A stretch of DNA of 61,401 nucleotides from a virus (taxonomy: Duplodnaviria > Caudoviricetes), in IMG/VR virus record IMGVR_UViG_3300036805_000115, positions 1 through 61,401 of that record; one strand, written 5' to 3'. This document shows positions 1 to 11,321 of this stretch, one piece after another (within the stretch, counting starts at the first letter, position 1; each line of letters begins with the position of its first letter). Made by a program: the position numbers and the translations under genes. The notes beneath the pieces are model-generated. The model had not been told where the DNA came from and did not search any database. It worked only from the letters and a program-made list of their open reading frames with translations.

Positions 1-127
1 CCCTGGGATGTACGCCTTGTCCTCAAGGGACTCGAGTCCTACGTCGACGACAACGGGGTTGGCAAAGACGATATCGCCCTCATTGCCGCCGACGTGTTCC
101 CGCGCGACCTTTCCGCGAGCCCTCGCG
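1..127 (+). repeat. Terminal 127-bp direct repeat (copy 1), circular assembly overlap
   Basis: Identical to 61275..61401; the rep ORF reads in frame across the junction. Confidence 0.95.
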
Positions 128-822
128 ACACTCTCGCGAGGCTTTCCGAAGCCATTTCCATGCTCGCCGAGGCTGGCTTGATCGTCCGTTACGAGGTCGA
201 CAGGGAGAAGCTGGTCTACATCGACCGATGGAAGAGCATCCAGCGCATCGACAAACCAGGAAAGGGGCGATTCCCCAGGCCAGACGGCACTTTCAACTAC
301 TCCGAGAACGTGAATCGCGAGAGTTACGCGAAAGCTCGCGAGAGTGTCGCGAGGGCTCCTGAAACCATCGCGCCTGGAACAGGGGAACAGGGGAACAGGG
401 GAACAGGGGAAATCCCTGCCGCGGTTGGTAACTCAACTACAGACCGCGCGAGCGCACGCGATCTCGCCGCCGCCCTCGCCAGTACCGCTCACACCCCCGT
501 CGCACACCAACTCGTCGAGCGCTACGCCGGAACCTGCAACCGCCGGCCACCCACCGCGGTCTTATCCGAACTCGCCGTCCAAGTCGACGTGCTCCTCGGC
601 GAGAACTGGTCCCCAGCCGAACTCGAACCCGCCATCGCCGCATGGGGGGCGAAGGGCCTTCACCCGAAGACGCTGCCCTCCGTCGCCCACGAGATTGCCA
701 ATCGAGCATCCGACGGCGGCCGGCCACCGTCCGCGAACCAGACGGACGCCTACGCAGCCCAGTTCCTCGCCGGCAACGGCCAACCACCCGAACTCCGCGC
801 ACTCCCAGGAGGAGCGTCCTGA
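1..822 (+). CDS. Replication initiator protein, remainder (about 292 aa in total)
   Basis: In frame with 61218; wHTH-like LAEAGLIVRY...W...QRID segment and an internal repeat-rich linker. Confidence 0.8.
   Translation, partial: PWDVRLVLKGLESYVDDNGVGKDDIALIAADVFPRDLSASPRDTLARLSEAISMLAEAGLIVRYEVDREKLVYIDRWKSIQRIDKPGKGRFPRPDGTFNYSENVNRESYAKARESVARAPETIAPGTGEQGNRGTGEIPAAVGNSTTDRASARDLAAALASTAHTPVAHQLVERYAGTCNRRPPTAVLSELAVQVDVLLGENWSPAELEPAIAAWGAKGLHPKTLPSVAHEIANRASDGGRPPSANQTDAYAAQFLAGNGQPPELRALPGGAS
117..411. repeat. Probable replication origin inside rep: 24-bp perfect inverted repeat plus 4x GGAACAGG
   Basis: 117..140 is the exact reverse complement of 335..358; tandem 8-mers at 376..407. 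Confidence 0.55.
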
Positions 823-1151
823 TGCTCACCGACGACCAGATCCGGGCCCTGCTCACCGTTGCCATGGGCTACGACAACCGCCGCCCCGGCGACCTCAACG
901 TCGCCGCCTGGCGTGAAGCCTCAACTCGGGGCCGGTGGACTTTCGATGCCGCGGTGGAAGCGATCCACGCGCACTACGCCGAGTCGACGGACTTCCTGAT
1001 GCCTGGCCACATCACGAAACGAGTCCGGGGCGGGCAGCCGCCGCGGCACGTCGCGCTGCCACCCTCAGAGCCTGCGTCCGAGGAAACCCGGAGCCGGATC
1101 ATGCAGCTCGTCGGCAACTTCGGCCGTTTGCCGAAGGGATCCCGGCGATGA
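822..1151 (+). CDS. Putative helicase loader/inhibitor-like replication accessory protein
   Basis: ATG overlaps the rep stop; MLTDDQIRALLTVAMGYDNR...AW...A..AI..HY...MPGHI pattern; position right after rep. Confidence 0.5.
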   Translation: MLTDDQIRALLTVAMGYDNRRPGDLNVAAWREASTRGRWTFDAAVEAIHAHYAESTDFLMPGHITKRVRGGQPPRHVALPPSEPASEETRSRIMQLVGNFGRLPKGSRR

Positions 1152-1495
1152 CCACCACCACCGTGAAGCCGCACTGCATCGGCGCCGGCTGCGGGAACAC
1201 CGCCTACGCCCGGGGTCTCTGCCGCAAGCACTACGACCAGGAACGTCGCCTCGGCATCCTCGTCCCGATCGAGCAGCCGGACCGGGTGTGCGACCTCGAC
1301 GACTGCGAGAACCAGCATTTCGCTTGCGGCTACTGCCAAGCGCACTACACGAAGTGGCGGCGGTGGGGTGATCCGCTCGGGAAGCCGCGGCTGAGTGAGC
1401 ACGAGGTTGCTCGTCTCCGCCGCGATGTTGGTCTTCCGGAGACCGGCCCGACTCCCGAGCACCGTGCCCGGTGGCTCACGCAAGGAATCCCTTGA
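1148..1495 (+). CDS. Cys/His-rich protein with two C-x4-C...C-x2-HY Zn-binding repeats
   Basis: CIGAGC...GLCRKHY and CDLDDC...GYCQAHY; start overlaps the previous stop. Confidence 0.6.
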   Translation: MTTTTVKPHCIGAGCGNTAYARGLCRKHYDQERRLGILVPIEQPDRVCDLDDCENQHFACGYCQAHYTKWRRWGDPLGKPRLSEHEVARLRRDVGLPETGPTPEHRARWLTQGIP

Positions 1496-2009
1496 GGAGG
1501 CGTCGTGAGTGACAACGCCGGCCGCTGCGAGGTGTGCCAGGAGCCCGTCCCGACCGCCGAGCTGATCTCGCACATCTCCGTGAACCGCCCGGACCTCTAC
1601 GGCCCGTTCGAGACGTGGCCCGACGGTGGTGTCGTGATCGAGTACGACGAGGCCGCGATCACGCCCGAGAACCTGCTGGACGAACCGTGACACCCCGCGA
1701 CGCTCCCCGCCACGACCGCACCGGGGAGGTTGTTGATCCGGAGGTGGTGGAGCACCGGCCGGGCATCACCTGTATCGACGGCTGGCTGCCTGGCCACACC
1801 TTGGAGGACGACGAACCCAAGGCGTGTCTGGCGTGCAAGCCGCATTTGAACCCGGACAACCTCCGCCGCCGGAAGTACGGCCCCGCCGACCCGGGACCGG
1901 CTGAGAGCCACCAGGAGCGTTCGGAATGAGCGCCCGGGCGTGGTTTATCGCGGGAGGGGCCGAACGGGGCCAGACGGCTCAGGTGGGCGGCAGGGCGGCC
2001 GCGCGAAAG

Positions 2010-2240
2010 TCAGCGGGCCTTCTTCGGTCCGCGCTTCGCTGGCTCGATGCCCTGTTCGCGGGCCAGAACCCGGACATAGGCGGCCGTGAAGGGCGAAACG
2101 GCGGCGACGTCCGTGGGCCGTTCCCCGGCCTTGAGGGCGGCGATAACGGCTTCCTTCGCGTCCTCGCGGGCAGCGGCGTGTTTGGCCTCGGTCGCACGGT
2201 AGCGACGGGCTGCCTTGTCCAGTGCCTCCATCTCGTTCAT
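2010..2240 (-). CDS. Small HTH DNA-binding protein, antisense to flanking genes
   Basis: AVIAALKAGERPTDVAAVSPFTAAYVRVLAR HTH-like segment. Confidence 0.65.
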   Translation of the reverse strand: MNEMEALDKAARRYRATEAKHAAAREDAKEAVIAALKAGERPTDVAAVSPFTAAYVRVLAREQGIEPAKRGPKKAR

Positions 2241-2247
2241 GCGCCAC

Positions 2248-2317
2248 ACGGTATCGCAATTTCGTTGCGCGAACGAATGGAACGCGGTAGCGTGAATCGC
2301 AATACGGTATCGCAATT
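2248..2317. promoter_or_regulatory. Operator-like 14-bp direct repeat ACGGTATCGCAATT
   Basis: Exact copies at 2248..2261 and 2304..2317, partial copy at 2296, upstream of the HTH gene. Confidence 0.55.
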
Positions 2318-4010
2318 AGTTGGCGACGAAGATCGACATGCCGCACGCCCCGCCCCCTTGACCTGAAGGACACACAATGACCGAACAGAAGCGAGGCCGT
2401 TGCCCGGTGTGCGATCGGGACATGCTGCTGAAGAAGGATGGCACGTTGCGCCACCACGGCGGCCCTACCGGCAGCGGCGATTGGTTCCGGAACCGCTCGT
2501 ACCGGTGTGGTGGCGCTGGCCAGCTCCCGGTCCCCCTGCTGCGCGGGGAGGGTTGATCTCCAATGACCGCAAAGTCGAGCCTCTACGACGTGATCCGCCG
2601 GGTTCTGGACAGCGAGAACCATCCGTTCGCGCACGACACGACCAAGCGTCTGGTCGATGCCATTGATAGCGCTGGACTTCTCAGCTACCTGGATCTCGAC
2701 GAGGGGATCTGTACCTGTGGCAACCATTTCGACGGCGACAACCTGTGTGTCCCCAGCGCATGCGAACGGGAGGTCTGATCCGCGTGACCACCGAACAGGC
2801 CGAAACCCCGAACCCGAACCTTCTGCCCGACCTTCCCGGCAAGGTTCACGGCATCGTCCAGTTGGAGCCGTTCATCCGGATTCAGTGCGACGGTTGCGGC
2901 TTCATCCACGACGGTGAGCCAGGCAAGGCAGCGTTCGCGATCATCACCTGCGGGATCGTCTTCAGCCCTCGCCGCTACCGCGCCGTGAACGGCCAGCGCG
3001 ATACCCGTCGGCTTTGCCGTGACTGCCGCAAGTCGGAGTGGGGTGTCGACGCGTGACCAGTCCTTCCCCCAGTGAGGAACTACGGGCAGCAGCCCGGGTG
3101 ATTCGGGATCTCGCCGCCGAACCGCAACCCGGGCCTTGGCACTACGACGACACGTACGACCATGTGGCCACCGAGGGCGGCTCGTGGATCACCAACCCTG
3201 GCGGTTGCGACTACGACGACGCCCGTTGGATTGCCGCGTTCAGTCCCGCAATCGCCGAACCACTGGCGACATGGCTCGGCGAAGCCGCTTCCACGGTCGA
3301 ACTCCTTGCCCGCTGGGGCGACGAGGTCATACCGCAGATCTACGGCACGGCCCTCGCCTTCGCCCGCAGCATCCTTTCCTCTGTCCCCAAGGAGACCTGA
3401 GACATGACCGAATCGTTCGCTGTGCGGATCGCAAGGCTCACGGTCGAGCCGATCCACGACGCGCTGTGCGCCTGCGATGAGCCTGCCGCGCACGAGATCG
3501 AGGACTATCCCGCTGCCGCCCGTGAGGCCGCGCGCACCGTGTTGTGGGAGACGGTTGCCTGGCTCCGTACGCAGTCCGGTGCCGGGGATACGCGGGCCTG
3601 GCGGGATGCCTATGCGCAGGTTTCGAATGACCTTGAAGCCGAGATCGATGCGCTTGGGGAGTTGTGATGTCGGACTACACCCAACGAGAAGAACTGGCCG
3701 AGTTGATCGGCAATCAGATCCGGGTTGAGTACGGGGACGCGACGGGCGCCGATGACGCGGCGGATGCGGTTTTGGCTGCCGGTTGGCGCCGTGTTGGGGC
3801 TGTAGACGACGCCGAGGATGTCAATCACGTCGAGATCGACCCGGTCCGGAGCCTGGATGACATCGTGCGCCGCTACCGATTCCACTCGAAGCAGATCGTG
3901 TGCTCCGAGGATCATGACGACGCATACCTGCTGGTTGACGTGCTCCGCGAGACGTGGCACGCCGCCCGGTGCGCTCTCACTCAGGACACCAGTCAGACGG
4001 GAGAGACCCG

Positions 4011-5042
4011 ATGAGCGACACAACTGAACGCGACGAACTGGCCGCTGTGATCGACGCTGCCGTACCGCACGCGGAGGTTCCGGGTTTCCGGTTCACTCAC
4101 GCTGTCCGGGCCGCTGACGCCGCACAGGAGGCCGGGTTCCGGAAAGCCCCGGCCGCAAGCACGCAACTTCTCACGACTCGGCAGGCCGCCGAGGTGCTGG
4201 ATGTGTCGAGGCCAACCGTGGTCAAACTGCTAGAAGACGGAAAGATCCCCTTCACGAGATATGGCACGGCCCGCAGGATCCATCCGGGCGATCTCCTGGC
4301 GTATCAGGAACGGGCGCGGGTTGACCGGAAAGCGGCGTTGGCCGAGTTGAGTTACGAGTCGGCCCGCGACGGCACGGACGACGAATCGAATCAATTCTTC
4401 ACGACGCGCGGGGACGCCGCCCATGCCCAGGCCGCGAGAGAGCAGCCCGCGCAGTTCGACGTGGCGGAGTTCCGGAAGCGGTTCGAGACTGCGGAGCCGT
4501 TGACCGAGCAGAAGTGGCAGGACTTCGACGCCGCACTCGCCGAGTGCCGGGGTCACCGCCCGGCCGCGAGCGAAGACGTGACCGAACAAGCCGCGCGGAC
4601 TTTGGGCGAGCTTGAGGCGCGGCTAGACGGCATAGACCTTGAGACCCGCCCAGAGCTTGCCTGGGAACATTGGGGGAACCCGCGCCGAGCGAAGTATCGT
4701 GTTCGCGCTGCCGCTCTACGCAGTGCTGGCCTGCTGGCCGATGGCACCGACCGGCGACGCATCGAGAAAGCACTCGCGATTCTGCGAGGCGAGGATATTC
4801 AGACGGCGGATGACAGTTTCCGTATCTGGTCCGCCATTGCCGCCCTGACCGACACCGAGGACCCTGACTCCGGTCTTCTCGCAAGCCACCCAGTCACCGA
4901 CGAAGCAGACGCGCTGGAGATGATCGACGATCTGCGCGCGGAGTTCCGGTCCGCCGCCGACGTCTACGGCCCTGACTGGGCTCGTGGGGCCCTTGAAGCA
5001 CTTCACCGTGTCCGGACTGTTCTTGCTGGGGGACAGCCATGA
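4011..5042 (+). CDS. Mosaic protein with an excisionase-type HTH domain
   Basis: LLTTRQAAEVLDVSRPTVVKLLEDGKIPFTRYGTARRI. Confidence 0.7.
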   Translation: MSDTTERDELAAVIDAAVPHAEVPGFRFTHAVRAADAAQEAGFRKAPAASTQLLTTRQAAEVLDVSRPTVVKLLEDGKIPFTRYGTARRIHPGDLLAYQERARVDRKAALAELSYESARDGTDDESNQFFTTRGDAAHAQAAREQPAQFDVAEFRKRFETAEPLTEQKWQDFDAALAECRGHRPAASEDVTEQAARTLGELEARLDGIDLETRPELAWEHWGNPRRAKYRVRAAALRSAGLLADGTDRRRIEKALAILRGEDIQTADDSFRIWSAIAALTDTEDPDSGLLASHPVTDEADALEMIDDLRAEFRSAADVYGPDWARGALEALHRVRTVLAGGQP

Positions 5043-5404
5043 CCGCGGCTGAGCCCTTGCCGAAACGCGCGGTCGTCATCGTCGACCGGGACCTCCTGCG
5101 CGTCTTCGGCCAGTTCGCCGGCCTCCTGGGCCTGCAACTCGTTCAGCTTCACGATCACTGGACGATCGCTCCATCACGACGCGACAGCCCAATCCTCACT
5201 CGCCGGCAAGCCCAGATGCTTTTGGCGATCGCGGAGGGGAAAACGAACCAGCAGATCGCTGATGAATTAGTGGTATCGCTGGAAACCGTGAAGACCACGG
5301 TCCGGAATTTGTTGCGGCGTCTCGATGTGAAGTCCCGGCAGGAAGCTGTCGCGTACGCCGCACGCCATGGCCTTTTGCCTGCTTTCGCTTCGCCCGCTGC
5401 GTGA
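5039..5404 (+). CDS. LuxR-type HTH regulator
   Basis: LTRRQAQMLLAIAEGKTNQQIADELVVSLETVKT. Confidence 0.85.
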   Translation: MTAAEPLPKRAVVIVDRDLLRVFGQFAGLLGLQLVQLHDHWTIAPSRRDSPILTRRQAQMLLAIAEGKTNQQIADELVVSLETVKTTVRNLLRRLDVKSRQEAVAYAARHGLLPAFASPAA

Positions 5405-5779
5405 CCTGAAAGGACCCCCTGATGTCTGAGATTCAGCCCCCGCAGTATCCGACGCACAGGCATCTGCCTGTGGAACTGTTTCGCCGGGAGATGCCGGCAG
5501 GCGGCGGAACGTCATACGTCGCCCCGTCCACCCCGGACCGCGAAACCGAGATCCGGCCGTTGAGCGAGCAGTTCGCCGCCGCGATCGGTTCCGGCCACGG
5601 CCACGGGGTGATCTACCGCGACGTCATGAACATCGTCACTGCCCGTGAGGCCGCGCTCCAAGCCCGCCTTGACGCGGTGCTCGCGGTGTGCGACGCGGGC
5701 GAGCACCAGGCGATCCGTTGGGAGCAGCCGTACCCAGTCCCGGCGTGGGTGACCGACGTTCGCGCCGCCACTGAGGGGC

Positions 5780-6478
5780 GTGACAGCGATGCCCAGTGAC
5801 AGCACGCTGCCATTCTCGGTCGCACACGGCCACGCGGTCGCTCTGCGCACCTACGCCCGGAACGTCGAACGCGGCACGGTCCCAACCGACACCATGAGCC
5901 CGTCGAAGGTCGCCCGCCTGGCCGACGAGATCGCGGCTGCCGTGGAAGACATGCGGGACCTCGCTGCAGAGCATGAGCGTGAGGTGCGCGCCGCGCTCCA
6001 GGCTCGCATCGACAAGGCGCTGGCGCTGCACCGCGAGACCAAGATCTACGACGAGTGCGGCCACAAGCACAAGATGGCCGACGACTACACCGTGCCCGCT
6101 GGCCTGCACCTGATCGAGGAAGTAGGGCTCACCTGCGAGGACGGCTACCAGTACTCGATCTGCCGCGAGTGCTGCACCGACGACGGGTATCAGACCGAGA
6201 CCTGCGTCGACAACCACGAGCACGGAGGATCGGCCGCCTGCTGGCCGTGCCCCACCCATGCCTGCCTGGCTGGCGACACCACGCCAGCGGCGGAAGTGCA
6301 GATCGATACCCGCGACTGGGTGATGCTCGGCGAAACCATCATCGATGACCCCGAGGAATACAGGCTGGGCATTTTCGTCCCACATGGTGCTCTACCCGAG
6401 ATCATCGCCGCCTACCTCAAGGCCAACAAGATCACGGCTCCTGCGGCTGGCGACACCACGGAGGTCGACGATGCCTAG
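5780..6478 (+). CDS. Hypothetical Cys-rich phage protein
   Basis: Coupled ORF with CRECC...WPCPT motif. Confidence 0.55.
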   Translation: MTAMPSDSTLPFSVAHGHAVALRTYARNVERGTVPTDTMSPSKVARLADEIAAAVEDMRDLAAEHEREVRAALQARIDKALALHRETKIYDECGHKHKMADDYTVPAGLHLIEEVGLTCEDGYQYSICRECCTDDGYQTETCVDNHEHGGSAACWPCPTHACLAGDTTPAAEVQIDTRDWVMLGETIIDDPEEYRLGIFVPHGALPEIIAAYLKANKITAPAAGDTTEVDDA

Positions 6479-6712
6479 CACGCAGACGGTCTACCTGTGG
6501 CGCGGGTGGACGCACGACGGTGAATGCGAGCCTGGCGTCTGCCCGGTGAAGCCTCGCAAGGGACGCAAGCGGCCGTGCGGCTGCATCTCCCATGACCCCG
6601 TGGATCACCAGGCTGGCTGTGGCCATTGCGGCGCGGGTGAAGACGAGTGGTGCAAGCCGGGGTGCCCGATTGGTGAGGCCGACGCTAAGGCCGTCGAGGA
6701 AGGGCTGTCCAC

Positions 6713-7621
6713 ATGAGCACGCCACCCACCGACAGCGCACCCGACCTCGCCCAACGGCTCGTGCAGGTGGCCAACCTCCTGACACGAGACGCCGCGACCA
6801 TCGCAAACGTGCTCGACGCTGCCTCCAAGCTGCTCCAAGTTGCTCCAACAGTTGGAGCAGACGGGCAGACCTGGCCACAGCCGGGGGATCACGGGGGGCC
6901 TGCGCTGCGCCTCGACGACGGAACGGTGCACTGGCATGTGGCCGGGCAGGTTCGGCGCGACATCATCGCCACCCGCCAGGCCGGGACCGGGGACACGACA
7001 CCGGCAGGCGACGCGGACCGGGTGATTGCCGACGCGATCGCCAAGCATTGGGGCTACGCCGACGCCAACGAAGCTGCGCGCGACGGCAAGAACGGCGACC
7101 TCGCCGAACTCGCGGACGTGAGCAAGCAAGCCCTCGCCGCTGCTGGCCTGCTCACCACCCGCCCGGACTGGCAGGCCGCCTTCTGGGCCAAGCAGCGCGA
7201 GTTCACGCAGGAAACCCTGCGAGTGTCCGCGCTCCTCGCCCGCTGCGACCGCAACAACATCCCGCGCCACGTCGTTGGCGAAGCCCTGCTCGGATGGGAA
7301 GCAGCCCAGGAACACATCCGTGCAGCCGCCCAGCCCGCCCGCCAGGAACCCAGCCAGGGCGCGCCAGAGCCAGAGATCTGCAACGGCCTCGTCGGAGAGT
7401 GCACCCTTCCGAAGGACCACGAAGGTGCATGCGACGACCGCCAGGAACGCAGCCAGGACACCGAGGGGGCACGGCCTGAACCGTTCGCCACGCAGTCCGA
7501 CTGCTGCGACGACCTCGACTGCCCGTGCCACGACAACGACGACCCGATCGGCGACCAGTGGGCCGACGACGTAGCCGCAGCGGACCGCCCGGCCGCCGGT
7601 GAGGAGATTGACCGTGGATGA
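6713..7621 (+). CDS. Hypothetical mosaic phage protein
   Basis: ATGA overlap with the previous ORF, coding-like codon pattern. Confidence 0.55.
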   Translation: MSTPPTDSAPDLAQRLVQVANLLTRDAATIANVLDAASKLLQVAPTVGADGQTWPQPGDHGGPALRLDDGTVHWHVAGQVRRDIIATRQAGTGDTTPAGDADRVIADAIAKHWGYADANEAARDGKNGDLAELADVSKQALAAAGLLTTRPDWQAAFWAKQREFTQETLRVSALLARCDRNNIPRHVVGEALLGWEAAQEHIRAAAQPARQEPSQGAPEPEICNGLVGECTLPKDHEGACDDRQERSQDTEGARPEPFATQSDCCDDLDCPCHDNDDPIGDQWADDVAAADRPAAGEEIDRG

Positions 7622-7651
7622 CCTGATCCTGACCGCCGAAACGGAGAAGCA

Positions 7652-8317
7652 ATGAGTTACGCCGCCCCGATCCACGGCCTCGATTCCGACGCCGAACCCA
7701 CGAGCCCTGACGCCGCACGTAGCCTCGGGTACAGCCGCCCCCGCATCGTCTGTATCTGCGGATCGATGCGCTTCCAGAACAACATGCTCGAAGCGTCCAT
7801 TGACGAATCTCTGGCCGGGCGCATTGTGCTGCTTCCGCTGGTGAACATGAAACGTCCTGATTGGCGCTGGCCTGAAGAGCGCGTCGACGAGATCAAGGCT
7901 GATCTGGATCGGCTGCACTTCGCGAAGATCGACCGCGCCGACGAGGTTCTCGTTGTGAACCCGGGGGGCTATGTCGGCGACTCCACGACGCGGGAGATCG
8001 CCTATGCCGTGGAGCGCGGCAAGCCTGTGCGTTACCTCGTGGATCAAGGCATCGACGCTCCAAGTGAAACGGCCCCTGCGTTGGAAGTTCCCGTCGACGC
8101 TCCAAGCCAACTTGCCCGCCAGGAGCCCAGCCAGGACCCGAGCGACCTGGCGCCCTGGTACTGCCGATGCAGTTCCGACGAACCGTGCACATGCCCGGAC
8201 ACCGCCGCCACCGCAGGCACCAACCCGGCTTTCGTCGAGGACACCGGCGCGTGTGACGAGCCTGGCTGTCGAGCTTGCGGCCCCTTCCCGTTCCAGACAG
8301 AAAAGGACCCGACATGA
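7652..8317 (+). CDS. Nucleoside deoxyribosyltransferase/DUF4406-like Rossmannoid protein
   Basis: IVCICGSMRF...KIDRADEVLVVNPGGYVGDSTTREIAYA. Confidence 0.65.
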   Translation: MSYAAPIHGLDSDAEPTSPDAARSLGYSRPRIVCICGSMRFQNNMLEASIDESLAGRIVLLPLVNMKRPDWRWPEERVDEIKADLDRLHFAKIDRADEVLVVNPGGYVGDSTTREIAYAVERGKPVRYLVDQGIDAPSETAPALEVPVDAPSQLARQEPSQDPSDLAPWYCRCSSDEPCTCPDTAATAGTNPAFVEDTGACDEPGCRACGPFPFQTEKDPT

Positions 8318-9458
8318 CCGAGCAGCAACCGGGTAACTCCGATTTGCGGCTTGAGATCGCAGCTTTACTCGCGGAAGTACGTCTCGCGATGCCGGGCCCC
8401 GGAATCGGAGCGGGAGAAAACTTCCGCTATACCTCCGGCTACCAGCACCTCCGTATCCTTCCGGTCCTTCCGTCTGCCTGGGATCCCTCATCTCGCCAAG
8501 CTGAGTCACAGTGGGGCTTGAACTACGTAGCGTTCCGCTACGGGCAGTATGCGCGCCTGAGTGATCCGGGCCGATATGTCGTCGCCGCTTCCCAGGGCGA
8601 GGCTCCTGGCATTTCTTGGTCTCAACTCATGGCTGATATCGACGCGTTGGCGGGTTCGGGTGACCAGACAGGAGACACCGATGGCTGACGAGTCCGACTC
8701 GATCCCGGCCAAGCTGTCGAATGGTTGGGCGATCATCGGCGATGGAGCCGACAAACGTCTCGCCGCAATGGCCGGTGACATCCCGATTGACCGCGTGTAC
8801 CACGTCAGCGAGGTCATGGACCCGGAAGCGTGGGAGCAGTTGACACCTGCGAGACAGGCGGCCGTGAGACCGCCAGGAAAAAAGAGCCTGGGTAGCGGGG
8901 AGGAGACCGATGTCTGAGCATCCCGACGATCGTGTCTACGCCCAGATCCGTGCGGATGCGGAAGCCCGGGGCATCGTGGACCGTCCCGAGCTTCAGTGTG
9001 AGCGTGGTCTGGTGTGGTCGACGAAAGTACCGGCTGCTGAACCGTGGACTCAAGATCGTTCTATCGAAATTCCCGGGGGAAACACTCGCGAATGCAAACC
9101 GGAGGGATCATGAGGCAACTGATCGGAACAGCCGCCGCTATCGCCGCTGTCCTGGTGTTCTTCTACGGCATGGGGTGGATCGGATGAGTGAGCCGCGTGA
9201 ACTGCTCGCCATCTATGCCGACGAGACCGACTTCGAGCGGGGTGACCTGCTCGACGACCGCGAGCACGAAGCCCCGGCTGCGTTCGCCGCGCTCCGTGCC
9301 GTGCTCGACCTTCACAAGCCGGAACCGCTGGACGACATCGACCCGGAGTGCAGTTGCTGCCGCACAGACGAGCACAACGCCTCCGGCTGGCCATCAGCCG
9401 TCCGGGTCCCGTGGCCCTGCCCGACCGTGCAGGCCATTGCCACCGCGCTGGAGGCGAA

Positions 9459-9827
9459 GTGAGCGAGGACCTGGCGGGGAAGCTGCTGGCCGCAATTGGG
9501 GAGACGGAGCGGATCGCGCAGGAAGCGGGCGGCGTGTGGTCGCTACTGACCATCCCCGCTTGGTCGTTGCCCGGCGACAGCGGCGAAGTCAATCTCGGGG
9601 ACAAGGTTCTGGTCACGCCCGTTCCGGAAAGCGCAGCCCACATTGCCCGCCACGATCCGGCTTCCGTGCTTCGCCGTTGCGCAGCCGACAGGAAGATAGT
9701 CAAGGACTGCATGGTCAAGTCGCAGCCAGGCGACCCTGACCATCCATTCTGGTACCCGGCCAACTCCGTGGCCGAGAAGGTGCTGCCCGACCTGGCTTTC
9801 GGCTACGGCATCGAGGTAGGCGGATGA
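9459..9827 (+). CDS. DUF6221-like actinophage protein
   Basis: AAHIARHDPASVLRRCAADRKIV motif, shared with 41551..42048. Confidence 0.55.
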   Translation: MSEDLAGKLLAAIGETERIAQEAGGVWSLLTIPAWSLPGDSGEVNLGDKVLVTPVPESAAHIARHDPASVLRRCAADRKIVKDCMVKSQPGDPDHPFWYPANSVAEKVLPDLAFGYGIEVGG

Positions 9828-10532
9828 CCGTCTCCCGGGACAGGGGGTCCTTCGTGGAACAAGTCGAACGGGCCGAGGCGATGCTGTCCGGCGCCCGCCT
9901 CCGCGAACCCGACTCGGCGGAGCAGGCCCGGCGGCGGAAAGCCGCCCTCTACGTGGCGGGGCAAGCCCGCGACGCCGATGATTGCACGCTGCTGCTGGAT
10001 ACCCTCGGCTTGTTGGGGACACCGGACACGTACCGGTCCACGGTGCGAGGCAAGAAGATCAAGGTGGTGGGCGAATGAACGGGGTGGCGCGCCGCCGCAG
10101 GCTCAGGAGGACGGCATGAGCCCAGAGGACAACCTCTTGCCCGAGGACCGCGAGTGGCTGGCCGAGCATGGGTGGCGGGACACCAGTGCGGACTACCCAG
10201 CCATCGGGACGGAGGCGAGCGGCGGCGACGCTTTCCGTCGCCTGTTGGCCACATGGTGCATCGCGGTATGGACGTTCGTCGCCGTGGCTGGGATTGCCGC
10301 GATCTGGATCGACCCGGATGCGATCAACGCCGTTCTCGGCGTCGGCATCGTCGCGATCATCAGCACGATCGGCTACATCGCTGAGAGGTGGATTGGATGA
10401 AACGTTCGCGTTCGCGGTTCGGCCGCCGACGCCGAACGTGAAACAGGCCCCCGGCTGCCCACCGGAGGCCTGTCCCCTGTTCCCCACGAACCGACGCGAT
10501 TCCACTTCGGACTCTACCTGACGTGCCCGGGA

Positions 10533-11321
10533 GTGATCGTGAACCAGATCTGCACCGCCCCGTACTGCGACCGCCCCGCCCTGGATGCCTGGATTTGCCG
10601 GTCCTGCGAGAAAGGCCTGGAACATGACCTCACGGAGATCTCCATGCTGTGGCGTGAGCTGGCGGTGACCTTGACTCGGCAGGACGTGCTCGGCGGCGAC
10701 GGCGGCCGACGCTCCGCCGAGGTGGCGTTGGTGTTCAAGCCCAATGCTTCGGAGGCCCGGTGGGTGCTGGCCAACACCATCGGCACGTGGGCCCGGCTGT
10801 TGGCCGAATCCCACAGCTTGCAAGCCCCGCTGCACCCGGCGCGCTGGCTACTGCTCAACGTCCACAGCTTGGCGATGCACGAAGCCGCGGGCGAAGCAGT
10901 GGACGAGATCCGCACTGTGGTTCGCCTGGCGTATCGCACGATCGACCGGCCTCCGGAGTTCATGCTCGCCGGGGTGTGCGAGGCCGCAGTGGACGATGGG
11001 CGCTGCGTGGCCCAGCTCTACGCCCGGCCCGGCGATACCTCGACGATGTGCGAGGCGTGCGGCGCGGTGCACGAGGTGGCTGAGCGGCGGGAGGCGATGA
11101 TCCTGGCCGCCTCGGGACTGCTGGTGACTGCGACCGTCGCCCTGGGCTGGGTCAAGTTGCTGATGGACAAGACCATCCCGCAGGGCACGTGGGATTCGTG
11201 GAAATCCCGTGGCCGGGTGCTGGCTCACGGGATCTCGGCTGAGGGGTATCCGACGTACCGGTTCGGGGAAGTGCGGGACCTGGCGTTGACGTGGGTATCG
11301 AGAAAGGTGAAGGTGGCGTGA
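10533..11321 (+). CDS. Zn-finger plus C-terminal HTH protein, candidate late-gene activator
   Basis: Several CxxC pairs and a C-terminal HTH-like segment (TWDSWKSRG...YRFGEV); lies just before the late region. Confidence 0.55.
   Translation: MIVNQICTAPYCDRPALDAWICRSCEKGLEHDLTEISMLWRELAVTLTRQDVLGGDGGRRSAEVALVFKPNASEARWVLANTIGTWARLLAESHSLQAPLHPARWLLLNVHSLAMHEAAGEAVDEIRTVVRLAYRTIDRPPEFMLAGVCEAAVDDGRCVAQLYARPGDTSTMCEACGAVHEVAERREAMILAASGLLVTATVALGWVKLLMDKTIPQGTWDSWKSRGRVLAHGISAEGYPTYRFGEVRDLALTWVSRKVKVA

Noticed and set aside
7330-8140. ARQEPSQ-encoding repeats in two adjacent ORFs
   Set aside because: Short linker similarity in mosaic hypothetical genes, with no supportable function.
8314-8688. 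Transglycosylase-like QWGLNYVAFRYG motif
   Set aside because: Only the C-terminal motif is visible, with no catalytic ES/GxxQ motifs; too weak to call.
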